64,000 nt of DNA from the NCBI GenBank assembly GCA_947165945.1, contig CAMVCF010000002.1, forward strand, positions 1,057 through 65,056. Reading direction: 5' to 3'. The notes beneath the pieces are model-generated. The model ran no database searches and had not been told where the DNA came from. It saw only the letters and a list, made by a program, of their open reading frames with translations. Of this stretch, positions 20,185 to 30,501 are shown piece after piece. This DNA is from an uncultured Clostridia bacterium (GTDB taxonomy: Bacteria; Bacillota_I; Bacilli_A; RF39; UBA660). Within the stretch, counting starts at the first letter, position 1; the number at the start of each line of letters is the position of its first letter. The position numbers and the translations under genes are program-made.

Positions 20185-20260
20185 AATTTGATTAAATTAA
20201 CTTGTTAAATAACTTGATTATTTGATAAGTTTTTTTTTATAATGTATTAGAGGAGATTTT

Positions 20261-22399
20261 ATGAATAAAGATATTATTGAATTATTAGAAATAAATTTAA
20301 AAATTAGTAAAAAGAAAATAGAAAGTGTAGTTAAATTATTAGAAGAAGGAAATACAATTCCTTTTATTGCAAGATATCGAAAAGAAGCAACTGGAGCACT
20401 GGATGAGAATGTTATAAGAAATATAGAGGAAATGTATCGTTATCAAGAAAATTTATATAATAAAAAAATGGATGTTATTAGATTAATTCAAGAAAAAGAT
20501 CTTTTAACAGATGATTTAAAAAAAGAAATTCTTGCTTGTACAAAATTAGTTGAAGTAGAAGATTTGTATTTACCATATAAAGAGAAAAAGAAAACAAAAG
20601 CAAGTGAAGCAATCAAAAATGGACTAACACCACTTGCTGATTTTATCATGATGCAAGAAGGTAATTTAGAAGTAGAAGCTAAAAAATACTTAAATGAAAA
20701 TGTTAAAACAATTGAAGATGCATTAAATGGTGCAAAATATATTATTGCTGAAAGAATTAGTGATAATGCAAAATATAGAAAATATATAAGAGAATCTATT
20801 AAAAATTATGGAAGTATAAAAACTAAAGTAAAAAAGTCTAATCCAGATACCAATAAAGTATATGAATTATATTATGATTATAATGAAAAAATAAAATATT
20901 TAAAACCCCATAAGATCATGGCAATCAATCGAGCCGAAAAAGAAAAAGTTATTACAGTATCAATTGATTTTGATAGAAAATTCATTGAATCATATTTAGA
21001 AAAAAATTTAATTAAAAATAAAGAGTCTTTAGCATACTCATTAATTATTGATAGTTTAAATGATGGTTTAGATAGGTTAATTCTTCCTAGTGTTGAAAGA
21101 GAAATTAGAAAAGAATTAACAGATAAGGCAAATATTAGTGCAATTGAAAATTTTAGTAAGAATTTAGAGCATCTTCTTCTAACTCCACCTATTAAAGATA
21201 AAGTAGTTCTTGCACTTGATCCAGGTTATAGAACCGGAACTAAAGTTGCAGTTGTTGACTCAGATGGAAACCTTTTAGATATTACAGTTATTTATCCAGC
21301 TCCACCTCATAATAAAATACTTGAAAGTGAAAAAATAATTCTTGATTTAATTGATAAGTATAAAGTTGATATAATTGCAATAGGAAACGGAACAGCATCA
21401 AGGGAAAATGAGGAATTTACTGCTAATTTAATAAAAAAAGCAAATAGGAAAGTTGAATATATTATTGTAAATGAAGCAGGAGCAAGTGTTTATTCAGCAA
21501 GCAAACTTGCATCAATAGAATTTCCTAATTTAACGGTTGAAAAAAGAAGTGCTATAAGCCTTGCCAGACGTCTTCAAGATTCTTTATCAGAACTTGTTAA
21601 AATTGATCCTAAAAGTATTGGAGTAGGTCTTTATCAACATGATGTTCCATCACGTGAATTATCTGAAAGTCTTCACTTTACTGTTTCGAAAATAGTAAAT
21701 CAAGTAGGAGTTAATTTGAATAATGCATCCACATCAATTCTTGAATATGTATCAGGTCTTAAGAAAAATGTTATTGAAAATATTATGAAATATAAAGAAT
21801 CAGTTGGTAGAATAAAATCTCGTGAAGAATTAAAAAATATTAAAGGCATGACGGATAAAATATATGAACAAAGTATAGGATTTTTAAGAATCATAGATGG
21901 AGTTAACCCTTTAGATAAAACAGATATTCATCCAGATAATTATCAAGATGCTTTAAAAATATTAGAATCTATTAATTTAAGTGTTGATGATTTAGGAAGT
22001 TACCGATTAAGAGAAAAATTAAAAGGTATTCCTAGAGATTTTTATAAAGAAATAGATATTGATAATTATACTTTTGAAGATATTTTATCATCCCTTGAAA
22101 AACCTAATCGTGATCCAAGAGATAATCTTGAAAAACCTATTTTAAGATCGGATATTTTAACAATTGATAATTTAAAAATTCATGATAAACTTCAAGGTGT
22201 TGTTCGTAATGTAATAGACTTTGGAGCATTTGTTGATATTGGTCTTCATAATGATGGACTAGTTCATATTTCAAAAATTAGTAAAAATTATATTAAACAT
22301 CCAAGTGAAGTTTTAAGTGTTGGAGATATTGTTGATGTTTATGTCATTGACATTAATAAAGAAAAAGAAAAAGTTTCTTTAAGTTTATTTTTAGAATAG
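20261..22399 (+). CDS. tex: Tex transcription accessory protein (S1 RNA-binding domain)
   Basis: 712 aa with the N-terminus ..LLEEGNTIPFIARYRKE, a YqgF-like region LALDPGYRTGTKVAVVD, and a C-terminal S1 domain. Confidence 0.9.
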   Translation: MNKDIIELLEINLKISKKKIESVVKLLEEGNTIPFIARYRKEATGALDENVIRNIEEMYRYQENLYNKKMDVIRLIQEKDLLTDDLKKEILACTKLVEVEDLYLPYKEKKKTKASEAIKNGLTPLADFIMMQEGNLEVEAKKYLNENVKTIEDALNGAKYIIAERISDNAKYRKYIRESIKNYGSIKTKVKKSNPDTNKVYELYYDYNEKIKYLKPHKIMAINRAEKEKVITVSIDFDRKFIESYLEKNLIKNKESLAYSLIIDSLNDGLDRLILPSVEREIRKELTDKANISAIENFSKNLEHLLLTPPIKDKVVLALDPGYRTGTKVAVVDSDGNLLDITVIYPAPPHNKILESEKIILDLIDKYKVDIIAIGNGTASRENEEFTANLIKKANRKVEYIIVNEAGASVYSASKLASIEFPNLTVEKRSAISLARRLQDSLSELVKIDPKSIGVGLYQHDVPSRELSESLHFTVSKIVNQVGVNLNNASTSILEYVSGLKKNVIENIMKYKESVGRIKSREELKNIKGMTDKIYEQSIGFLRIIDGVNPLDKTDIHPDNYQDALKILESINLSVDDLGSYRLREKLKGIPRDFYKEIDIDNYTFEDILSSLEKPNRDPRDNLEKPILRSDILTIDNLKIHDKLQGVVRNVIDFGAFVDIGLHNDGLVHISKISKNYIKHPSEVLSVGDIVDVYVIDINKEKEKVSLSLFLE

Positions 22400-22410
22400 G
22401 ATGTGGTTAT

Positions 22411-25400
22411 ATGCCTAGTTGGACAAAAGATCAAGAACTAGCAATTGATAAAAGTGGAACAAATATTATAGTATCAGCAGGAGCTGGATCTGGAAAAACG
22501 GCTGTTCTTACTGAAAGAGTTATTAGAAAATTAAAACGTGGAGAAGATATTTCTAATCTTTTAATTTTAACATTTACAAATGCAGCTGCTAAAGAGATGA
22601 AAGAAAGAATTAGAAGTGCTATAAAAAAAGAAAATTTAAAAGATCAATTAGATAGGATTGATTCTAGTTTTATAACAACATTTGATTCGTTTGCTTTAGC
22701 AGTTGTTAAAAAATATCATTATCTACTTAATATAGATAGTGATGTTGAAATAGCAAATGACTTAATTTTAAAATTTAAAAAAATAGATATGCTTGATAAA
22801 ATATTTGATGAATTATATCAAAAAGAGGATCCTAAGTTTTTAAAACTTATAAAAGATTTTACAGTAAGAGATGATTCTAAAATAAAAGAAGTTATTTTAG
22901 AAATCTATAATAAACTTAATTTAAAATATGATAAAGATTTATATTTAGATAATTATATTGAAACGTTTTATCAAGATTCTTATATAGATTCTAGAATAGA
23001 AGAATATCTATCTATTTTAAGAAAAAAGATAGATAGTATTAATGATAATTTAAAAGACTTAGAATTAATCATGGATTACGAGTTTTATTCATTATTTTAT
23101 GATAGTTTAAAAAATTTATTAGATAAAAATACTTATGATGAAATAAAAAATAATTTAGAAATAACTCTTCCAAGATTAAAAAAAGGAATGGATGATTGTA
23201 AAATTTATAAAGATAAAATTAATAAAAGTTTATCTGATTTAAAAAAAATGTGTTTATATGATGATGAAATTGAATTAAAAGAATCAATTAAAGATACAAA
23301 AGAGTATGTTGAAGCAATTATTTTAATTTTAAAGAAATTAATTAAAGAGTTTGAAAAATATAAGAAAGATAATAATTTATATGACTTTTTAGATATTTCT
23401 AAGTTATCAATTAAGATTGTTTTAGAACATGATGAAGCAAGAGAAGAATTAAAAAATTCTTTTAAAGAAATCTTAGTAGATGAGTATCAAGATACATCAG
23501 ATTTACAAGAATTATTTATTCAAGCAATTAGTAATTCTAATGTTTATATGGTTGGAGATATTAAACAATCTATTTATAGATTTCGTAATGCAAACCCTAA
23601 TTTATTTAAAGAAAAATATCAAAATTATGAAAAAGGACTAGGTGGATTTAAGATAGATTTAGTTAAAAACTTTCGCTCAAGAAGTGAAGTGTTAGAAAAT
23701 ATTAATTATATTTTTGATGTAATTATGGATCTAGATCTTGGTGGAGCAAATTATAAAGAAAGTCATCGAATGGTATTTGGTAATACATTATATGATAAGT
23801 ATCGAGGAAAAAACCAAAACTATAATTTTGAGTTTTATAATTATAACTTGGATTCAAATGATTATAGTCGTGATGAAATAGAAGCTTTTATTTGTGCTCA
23901 TGATATTTTAGAAAAAGTAAATAATCATTTTCAAGTATTTGATAAAAATATAAATAATTTACGGGATATTACTTTTGATGATTTTGTTATTTTAATAGAT
24001 AAATCAACTAATTTTTCTTTGTATAAACAAATATTTGAGTATCATGGAATAACTCTTACTATTGTAAAAGATGAAAATATAAGTGGTAGTTATGATTTAT
24101 TAATTTTAAAAAACATTTTAATTCTTTTAGATAAAATAAAACAAAAAAAATATGATAAAGAGTTTTGGTATTCTTATTTATCAATTGGCAGAAGTTATTT
24201 ATTTAGTATACCAGATGATGATTTATATAAAAAAATAACTAATAAAGAACTTACAAATGATCCTATTATTTTAATACTAAATTCATTTATGGATATTATA
24301 GATAATATTTCTGTTAATGAATTAATTAATCAAATTGTTAAGAAGTTTTCTTTTTATGAAAAGTTAATTAATGTTGGAAATATAGAAGAATCTATTATTA
24401 GACTTGATTATTTAGAAAACTTAGCTAATAGTTTAGGTAAACTTGGATATTCTTATAAAGATGTAATTTAAAAAATAGATAATAATTTAAAAAAAATAAA
24501 TATAAAAACAAAAAAAAATTATTAATTTAAATGGATATTGTTCCAACACAAATATCATATCAAATTTATCCTTGCTTAGACATATTAAAAGATGAAAAAA
24601 TTACTTATTCATTAAATAAAGAAACTAAAAATAGTGTTAAGATAATGACCATTCATAAAAGTAAAGGACTTGAATATCCTATTTGTTATTTTACAGGTTT
24701 ATCTTCAAAGTTTAATAGTTTAGATACTAAAAAAAGATTTTTATTTGATGATAAATATGGAATAATAACACCATACATTAAAGATGGAATTAGAAATACT
24801 ATCATTCATTCTCTTTATAAAAATTCTTATATTAGAGAAGATTTAAGTGAAAGAATTAGACTTTTATATGTTGCTTTAACAAGAGCCAAAGAAAAAATGA
24901 TCTTTATAACTTCTTTAAAAGAAGAAGAAAATGATGAGGTTGATTTAGATTCAAGACTAAGACATACATCATTTTCAAGTATTTTAAGTTCTATTTCAGA
25001 TATACTAATTCCTTATAAAAAAGAGATTAGTTTAAATAATATTAAACTTACAAAAGATTATACAATAATTCAAAGTAAAAATATTTTACAAGAAAAAGAT
25101 TCTAATGAAAAAATTGAAGTTAAAGAATTTTTAGAAAAAAATGAAATTATTTCTCAAAAACATTTTTCTAAGGTTAATAATTCTTTAATGACAAAAGAAA
25201 TTAAAAAAAATATGGAATTTGGATTAGAACTGCATTCTATTTTAGAATATTTTGATTTTTTAAAAAAAGATTATTCATGCCTTGATATTAAATATCGAAA
25301 GTATATAGAAAAGTTTTTAGAAAGTCCTTTACTAAAAAAAATAGATGATGCTATTCATATATATAAAGAATATGAATTTGTTTATCAAAAAGAGAGTTAT

Positions 25401-25601
25401 CTATTTCATGGAATAATTGATTTAATGATTGAATATCAAGATAGTATTGATATCATTGATTATAAAACTCATAATATAAAAGAAAAAGATTATGAAAAAC
25501 AATTAATTGGATATAAAGACTATATTTCTTTAAAAAGTCAAAAAGATATACATATTTATTTATATTCTATTATGGACTCTGTTTATTATGAAATAAAATG
25601 A
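22411..25601 (+). pseudogene. addA: AddA/PcrA-type helicase-nuclease, interrupted (ORFs 22411..24471 and 24531..25601 in different frames)
   Basis: The N-terminal half has WTKDQELAI and Walker A AGAGSGKTAVL, plus VDEYQDTS. The C-terminal half has IMTIHKSKGLEYP, YVALTRAKEKM and a RecB-type nuclease motif GIIDLMIE..IDIIDYKT. The halves are separated by a stop, a frame change and a 62-nt filler with only two non-A/T bases. No RBS precedes 24531. Confidence 0.7.
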
Positions 25602-26363
25602 TTATTCTTTTAATAGTGTATCTAAAGATACAACTTCATAGCCTAAATTTTTAATAGCTAAATATATTTTATATATTTCATCTATATTATGTTCATTTAT
25701 TAAGTATGAAAATATTTTTCCATTATCAAGTAATTGATAGGTATTATAATAATAATCATGAGTTATAAAGATAGGTTTAATTGTATATAATTGATAGTTT
25801 TTACAATAGGATGAGAAACTATTTTCAATATAACAATAATCAATATTTGATAAATTAGAAATATTTGGCTGTTCTAAAACAATTATATTGTTATTTATTT
25901 GTTTTAAATAATCTTGATTAGATTCTATAAAATTAATATCTAAAATAAAGTTAAGAGAGTTATCTTTTAACTTTTTCAATATTTTTAAATCATTTACTTT
26001 TAATAAAATACTAATTGATTTAGAAGTTTTGTTTCCATTTATAATAACTTTATCATAATTATTTTTTAAAGAAATATCAGGAGGAGTTTCTTTAAATACG
26101 ATTAAAGATTCTAAAAACTTATTTATTTTTTTCATTTTTCGATAACTTTTATCTAGATCAATTATTTTCCCATTTCTACCAGGAATTATTGTATTATTAT
26201 CAATAATAGCATTTATAGGATCAGTTTCAAAAGTTTTTTGAGATTTTTTTAAAGCTAGCATAATAGGATCTTTTTCTTTAATATAGTTTGATACTATATT
26301 TGTATAGTAAAAACTAAATATAAAAAGAATTATTGTAAATAAATAATTAGCTATTTTTTTCAT
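25602..26363 (-). CDS. Membrane-anchored protein, possibly a degenerate polysaccharide-deacetylase (NodB-fold) homologue
   Basis: 253 aa with an N-terminal TM. The overall pattern (NA.I...IPG.NG..IDLDKSY ... GYEVVSLDTLL) is like sporulation-type deacetylases, but the TFDDG and H..H motifs are not evident. Confidence 0.3.
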   Translation of the reverse strand: MKKIANYLFTIILFIFSFYYTNIVSNYIKEKDPIMLALKKSQKTFETDPINAIIDNNTIIPGRNGKIIDLDKSYRKMKKINKFLESLIVFKETPPDISLKNNYDKVIINGNKTSKSISILLKVNDLKILKKLKDNSLNFILDINFIESNQDYLKQINNNIIVLEQPNISNLSNIDYCYIENSFSSYCKNYQLYTIKPIFITHDYYYNTYQLLDNGKIFSYLINEHNIDEIYKIYLAIKNLGYEVVSLDTLLKE

Positions 26364-26413
26364 ATTAAATTATATGAAGATAATAAAAAAAGAAGACTAA
26401 TTAAATTTAGCTT

Positions 26414-26593
26414 CTATTTTGTTTTAATATCTTTTCTAAACTTTTTTGCTTCCCTAGTAGTCAATTTAATTTTAGTTCCATCTTCAAGAGTTACATTTTG
26501 AAGATTTAACTTTTGAGTATGTTTTGTTGCATTTAATGCATGACTTCTACGGTTTCCAAATAATGGTTTTTTACTAGTTGCTTTAATAGCCAT
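26414..26593 (-). CDS. rpmB: Ribosomal protein L28 (not in the ORF track)
   Basis: 59 aa: MAIKATSKKPLFGNRRSHALNATKHTQKLNLQNVTLEDGTKIKLTTREAKKFRKDIKTK. The GN.RSHA.N.TK...NLQ signature is present, with RBS AGGAG. Confidence 0.9.
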   Translation of the reverse strand: MAIKATSKKPLFGNRRSHALNATKHTQKLNLQNVTLEDGTKIKLTTREAKKFRKDIKTK

Positions 26594-26710
26594 AATATCA
26601 CTCCTTTTAAAAATTTAATAAACCTCGCTTATTAACTTTAACATAATATTTGTTTAAAGTCAAATAAAATAAGGATTTTCTTAAAAAAAATAAATAAAAA
26701 GATAAAAACA

Positions 26711-26738
26711 TTGTAAATTATTTAAAAAGTATTATAAT
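26711..26738 (+). promoter_or_regulatory. Promoter for rsmE (TTGTAA-16-TATAAT)
   Basis: ttgtaa at 26711-26716 and tataat at 26733-26738. Confidence 0.4.
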
Positions 26739-26754
26739 GAAATTAGGTGTTGAT

Positions 26755-27468
26755 ATGCAAAGATATTTTATAAAAGAAAAAGAAAATAATAAATTTAAAT
26801 TAAGTTTTGAAGACTCTTATCATATTACTAAAGTAATGAGAATGAATTTAAATAATGAAATAGAAATTGTTTATGATAAAGAAGTTTATATTGGAAAAAT
26901 TATTGAATTTAATCCAGTAGTTGTTGAAATAATAAAAAAATTAGATAATAACAATGAATTAAAAAGAAAAATTACCATTTGCCAGAGTCTAGTAAAAGAG
27001 CAAAAAATGGATTTAATTCTTCAAAAATGTACAGAACTTGGAGCTTATAGTTTTATCCCTTTTATGGCTTCTAATAGTATTATTAAAAAAGATCAAAAGA
27101 TGTTTTCAAAAAAAATTGAAAGATGGCAAAGAATTGTTAAAGAGGCAAGTGAACAATCAAAAAGAAATGTTATTCCAAAAGTTTTAGATATTGTTGATAT
27201 AAATAGTTTATGTAAGATGAATTATGATTTAAAAATATTTTGTACTGTAAATGAATTGTCAAGGAGTTTAAAAAATATTTTGCAAAATCAGTCAAAATAT
27301 GATACTATGATTATAGTAATAGGTCCTGAAGGTGGTTTTACTCAAATGGAAGAAAAACTATTAACTGAAAATGGTTTTTTAAGTGCTTCGCTTGGTAATT
27401 TAGTTCTTAGGACAGAAACAGCATCCATTTGTGCACTTAGCATGATAAATTACGAATATGAGAGGTGA
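26755..27468 (+). CDS. rsmE: 16S rRNA (uracil1498-N3)-methyltransferase RsmE
   Basis: The MQRYFI start is typical of RsmE, and the C-terminus has IVIGPEGGF...E......GF....LG..VLRTETA. RBS AGGTG. The track ATG at 26737 lies inside the -10 box. Confidence 0.85.
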   Translation: MQRYFIKEKENNKFKLSFEDSYHITKVMRMNLNNEIEIVYDKEVYIGKIIEFNPVVVEIIKKLDNNNELKRKITICQSLVKEQKMDLILQKCTELGAYSFIPFMASNSIIKKDQKMFSKKIERWQRIVKEASEQSKRNVIPKVLDIVDINSLCKMNYDLKIFCTVNELSRSLKNILQNQSKYDTMIIVIGPEGGFTQMEEKLLTENGFLSASLGNLVLRTETASICALSMINYEYER

Positions 27469-27473
27469 TTAAT

Positions 27474-28310
27474 ATGAACTTATTATTAAGTTTATTTACA
27501 CAAAAAGAGATTATGATTATTTTAACTGTTATAGGAAGTTTAATAGCTTTAGTTATTATTCTAACTATTTGGGATTTATTTTCAAAGAAAAAGAAAGATG
27601 ACGAAGATTTAGAAATTAATTTGAATGATCAAGAAATTACATTATCTAAAAATGTTCTTGAGGATAAAAAAGTAGAAACTGTAAAGGAAGAATTAGAGCC
27701 TACTTATTTGAAAGAAGAATTAAATCATCAAGAATTAGAACCCATCAATTTAAAAAATATTTCTGAAGAAGTTCAAAGTATAGAAGTAAATGAAGTTAAT
27801 TTTAAAACTCAGGAAGTAAAAGATCCACTTATTATGGAAATAGGGGAATTAGAAATAGATAATTTGGACAAAGAAGAAAAAGCAAAACAAAAACTTTTGA
27901 GAATTGAAGAAGAATTAGAAAATCCAAAATCTTTAGAAGATACTATTACATCTCTTGAAAAAATTGAAGAAGAAAATGCAATTATAAGTTATCAGGAATT
28001 ACTTGAAAATACAAGGGAAATGTCTTTAGTTGATGCTGATAGTGGAGATGAGCCAATATCTATTAAAGAAGTGTTTTCATTATATGAAGATGATAAAGAA
28101 TTAGAATCACCTGTAACTGATAATGCATATAAAGCTGACTTTACTAGTTCTCCATATATATCTCCTGTAATGGGATTTGAAAATGGAGAAATACCACTTG
28201 CTGAAATTCAACTAGAAAATACTGCTAATTTAGAAAAACTTGAAAAAGAAATTAGAAAAACAAATGAATTCTTAACAATTTTAAATGAATTAAAGAAGAA
28301 TCTTGATTGA
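27474..28310 (+). CDS. Hypothetical N-terminally anchored, glutamate-rich protein
   Basis: One TM helix is followed by about 230 aa of acidic, low-complexity sequence. Confidence 0.5.
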   Translation: MNLLLSLFTQKEIMIILTVIGSLIALVIILTIWDLFSKKKKDDEDLEINLNDQEITLSKNVLEDKKVETVKEELEPTYLKEELNHQELEPINLKNISEEVQSIEVNEVNFKTQEVKDPLIMEIGELEIDNLDKEEKAKQKLLRIEEELENPKSLEDTITSLEKIEEENAIISYQELLENTREMSLVDADSGDEPISIKEVFSLYEDDKELESPVTDNAYKADFTSSPYISPVMGFENGEIPLAEIQLENTANLEKLEKEIRKTNEFLTILNELKKNLD

Positions 28311-28350
28311 TTTTTCTTTTTGTTTTATAATATATTTTTATGGAGGAGTT

Positions 28351-28689
28351 ATGAATATATACGATCAAATATTAGCAAGTGCATATTATGTTTTTGAAAA
28401 AGAATTATCATCTCAGATAATAAAAAGTTTTATATCTTTATTAAAAAAATCTGGAGAATGTTTAAATAGAAATGAAAATAAAACTTTGACAGAAATAGGT
28501 TTACTATCTTTATGTGATAATCATAAATATAGATTAAAGGCTGAATATACAATAAATGATATTGCCGATTTTATTGATTTTGATATGGTAACTATTTTTC
28601 ATAATTTAAAGAAAACTCGTGATGATTATTATAGTAATAATCCAAGAAAAAACGAGTATCAAGTAAAGAGATTGGGTAAAAAGAGATAA
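28351..28689 (+). CDS. Hypothetical small protein (weak resemblance to a DnaA domain IV-like HTH)
   Basis: RBS GGAGGAG lies before ATG 28351. The segment TINDIADFIDFDMVTIFHNLKKTR loosely recalls IG..FG.RDHTTV.HA..KI. Confidence 0.35.
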   Translation: MNIYDQILASAYYVFEKELSSQIIKSFISLLKKSGECLNRNENKTLTEIGLLSLCDNHKYRLKAEYTINDIADFIDFDMVTIFHNLKKTRDDYYSNNPRKNEYQVKRLGKKR

Positions 28690-28691
28690 TT

Positions 28692-29960
28692 ATGAAAGTA
28701 CGAGCAATTACACTTGGGTGTAAGGTAAATAGTTATGAATCAGAATTTATTTTATCTAAATTTCGAGAAAAGGGCTATTTAATAAGCAATGATAAAAGTG
28801 ATATTTATATTATTAATACTTGTAGTGTTACAAATACGAGTGATGCTAAATCAAGAAAAGTAATTAATAAAATTACAAGAGAAAATCCAGATAGTATCAT
28901 AGTGGTTATGGGATGTATGATTGAAGCTCATAAAGATTATGAAAATAATTTAGTTAGTATAATTATTGGAAATAAAGATAAATCAAAAGTTGTAGAATTA
29001 GTTGAAGAATATATTGACAAGAAAAATAAGAAAAAATTACTTTATAAAGACTTTGATTCGACTTTTGAAGATATGTTTATTGAATCAATGAATGAACATA
29101 CAAGAGCTTACGTTAAAATACAAGATGGTTGTGAAAACTTTTGTTCTTATTGTATTATTCCATATACAAGGGGAAGACAAAGAAGTAAAGATCCAAATAA
29201 AGCAATTAATGAAATAACATCGTTAGTAAAAAATGGTTATAAAGAAATTGTTTTAACAGGAATTCATACAGGACATTATGGAAGTGATCTAAATACAACT
29301 TTCCCAGAATTATTGAAAAGAATTTGTAAAATAGAAGGTCTTAAAAGACTTAGAATTTCGTCAATTGAAATAACTGAATTAAATGATGAATTTCTAGATG
29401 TTTTAAATAAGGAAACAATTATTGTTGATCATTTACATATTCCTTTGCAATCAGGAAGTGATCCAATTCTTTTAAGTATGAATCGTAAATACTTAACTGA
29501 TTATTATTATAAGAAAATAGAGCATATTCGCTCTATCAGACCAAATATTTCAATTACAACTGATATTATTGTAGGTTTTCCTGGTGAAACAGAAGAGTTA
29601 TTTCAAGAGACTTTAGATTTTGTTAAAAAAATAAAATTTAGTAAAATACACGTTTTTCCTTTTTCTGTAAGACAAAAAACTAAAGCTCAGTCTATGGAAA
29701 ATCAAGTATTAGAATCTATAAAAAAAGATAGAGTTAAAAGATTAATGGAACTTAGTAAGACACTTGAAAGAGAATATTTAGAAAAACATATAGGAAGTAT
29801 TGTTGATGTTTTAATTGAAACAAATGAAGGATGTTCGGTTGGATACACAAGTAATTATTTAAAGGTTCAAATAGAAGATATAATTGAACCTAATACGATT
29901 GTCAAAGTAAAAATAGAAAAATTAGATAATTTAGTATTGAAAGGAAGTTTATATGAGTAA
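28692..29960 (+). CDS. mtaB: tRNA t6A37 methylthiotransferase MtaB (radical SAM, MiaB family)
   Basis: 422 aa with an N-terminal UPF0004 cysteine pattern (GCKVN..., NTCSVT, GC), the radical-SAM motif CENFCSYCIIP, a TRAM-like C-terminus, and the rsmE-mtaB neighbourhood seen in Bacillus (yqeU-yqeV). Confidence 0.8.
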   Translation: MKVRAITLGCKVNSYESEFILSKFREKGYLISNDKSDIYIINTCSVTNTSDAKSRKVINKITRENPDSIIVVMGCMIEAHKDYENNLVSIIIGNKDKSKVVELVEEYIDKKNKKKLLYKDFDSTFEDMFIESMNEHTRAYVKIQDGCENFCSYCIIPYTRGRQRSKDPNKAINEITSLVKNGYKEIVLTGIHTGHYGSDLNTTFPELLKRICKIEGLKRLRISSIEITELNDEFLDVLNKETIIVDHLHIPLQSGSDPILLSMNRKYLTDYYYKKIEHIRSIRPNISITTDIIVGFPGETEELFQETLDFVKKIKFSKIHVFPFSVRQKTKAQSMENQVLESIKKDRVKRLMELSKTLEREYLEKHIGSIVDVLIETNEGCSVGYTSNYLKVQIEDIIEPNTIVKVKIEKLDNLVLKGSLYE

Positions 29961-30468
29961 AAAAAGATTAGATTATTTAAGTTGGGATGAATACTTTATG
30001 GCTATTGCTAAACTATCTTCAATGAGAAGTAAAGATCCGTCTACCCAAGTAGGAGCATGTATAGTAGGACTTGATAATAGAATTTTATCAATTGGATATA
30101 ATGGAGCTCCTAATGGATTTGATGATAATAATTTTCCATGGGAAAGAAATGGTAGTATGTTAAAAACCAAATATGCTTTTGTTTGTCATGCTGAAATGAA
30201 TGCTATATTAAATTATAGAGGTTCAAGAAAAGAACTTGAAAATGCCAAAATATATGTTGATTTATTTCCATGTAATGAATGTGCTAAGTTAATTATTCAG
30301 GCTGGCATTAAAGAAGTTTTATACTTATCGGATAAATTTAAAGATAAAGATGGAACACTAAAAGAAACTGATGCTGTGAAAGCAAGTAAAATGATGTTTT
30401 CTGAATGTGGCGTTACTTATCGCGAAATTACTATACCGAGAAAAATTGAGATAAATTTGCAAAAATAA
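29953..30468 (+). CDS. comEB: dCMP deaminase (ComEB)
   Basis: Zinc motifs HAEMNAI and PCNECAKLIIQAGIKEV. Confidence 0.9.
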   Translation: MSKKRLDYLSWDEYFMAIAKLSSMRSKDPSTQVGACIVGLDNRILSIGYNGAPNGFDDNNFPWERNGSMLKTKYAFVCHAEMNAILNYRGSRKELENAKIYVDLFPCNECAKLIIQAGIKEVLYLSDKFKDKDGTLKETDAVKASKMMFSECGVTYREITIPRKIEINLQK

Positions 30469-30501
30469 TCAAAATGTGCTATAATATACACTAACTAAGG
30501 G

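Larger units (their letters stand above)
9435..20260 (+). mobile_element. Conjugation-type (Gram-positive MPF) type IV secretion gene island with no recognisable relaxase or integrase
   Basis: Seven co-directional, tightly packed genes follow the prgH-I-J-K-L...pcfC order of enterococcal and Firmicute T4SS. The island is inserted between the glyA terminator and the tex promoter. Its G+C looks slightly higher than the flanks by eye. Confidence 0.55.

Noticed and set aside
9511-20232. The shared 9-mer AACTTGATT on both sides of the T4SS island (about 9510-9518 and about 20217-20225), considered as possible att repeats
   Set aside because: The repeat is too short for this base composition, no integrase is present to use it, and the copies are not at obvious junction positions.
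24464-24531. The 59-nt unit flanked by the 9-mer TAATTTAAA in the addA gap, considered as a target-site-duplicated mini-insertion or a gene-60-style translational bypass
   Set aside because: Removing the unit leaves an in-frame TAA. The matching take-off and landing codons are each followed by a stop in the relevant frame. A 9-mer A/T repeat is also weak evidence in this composition. It is kept only as a note inside the addA finding.
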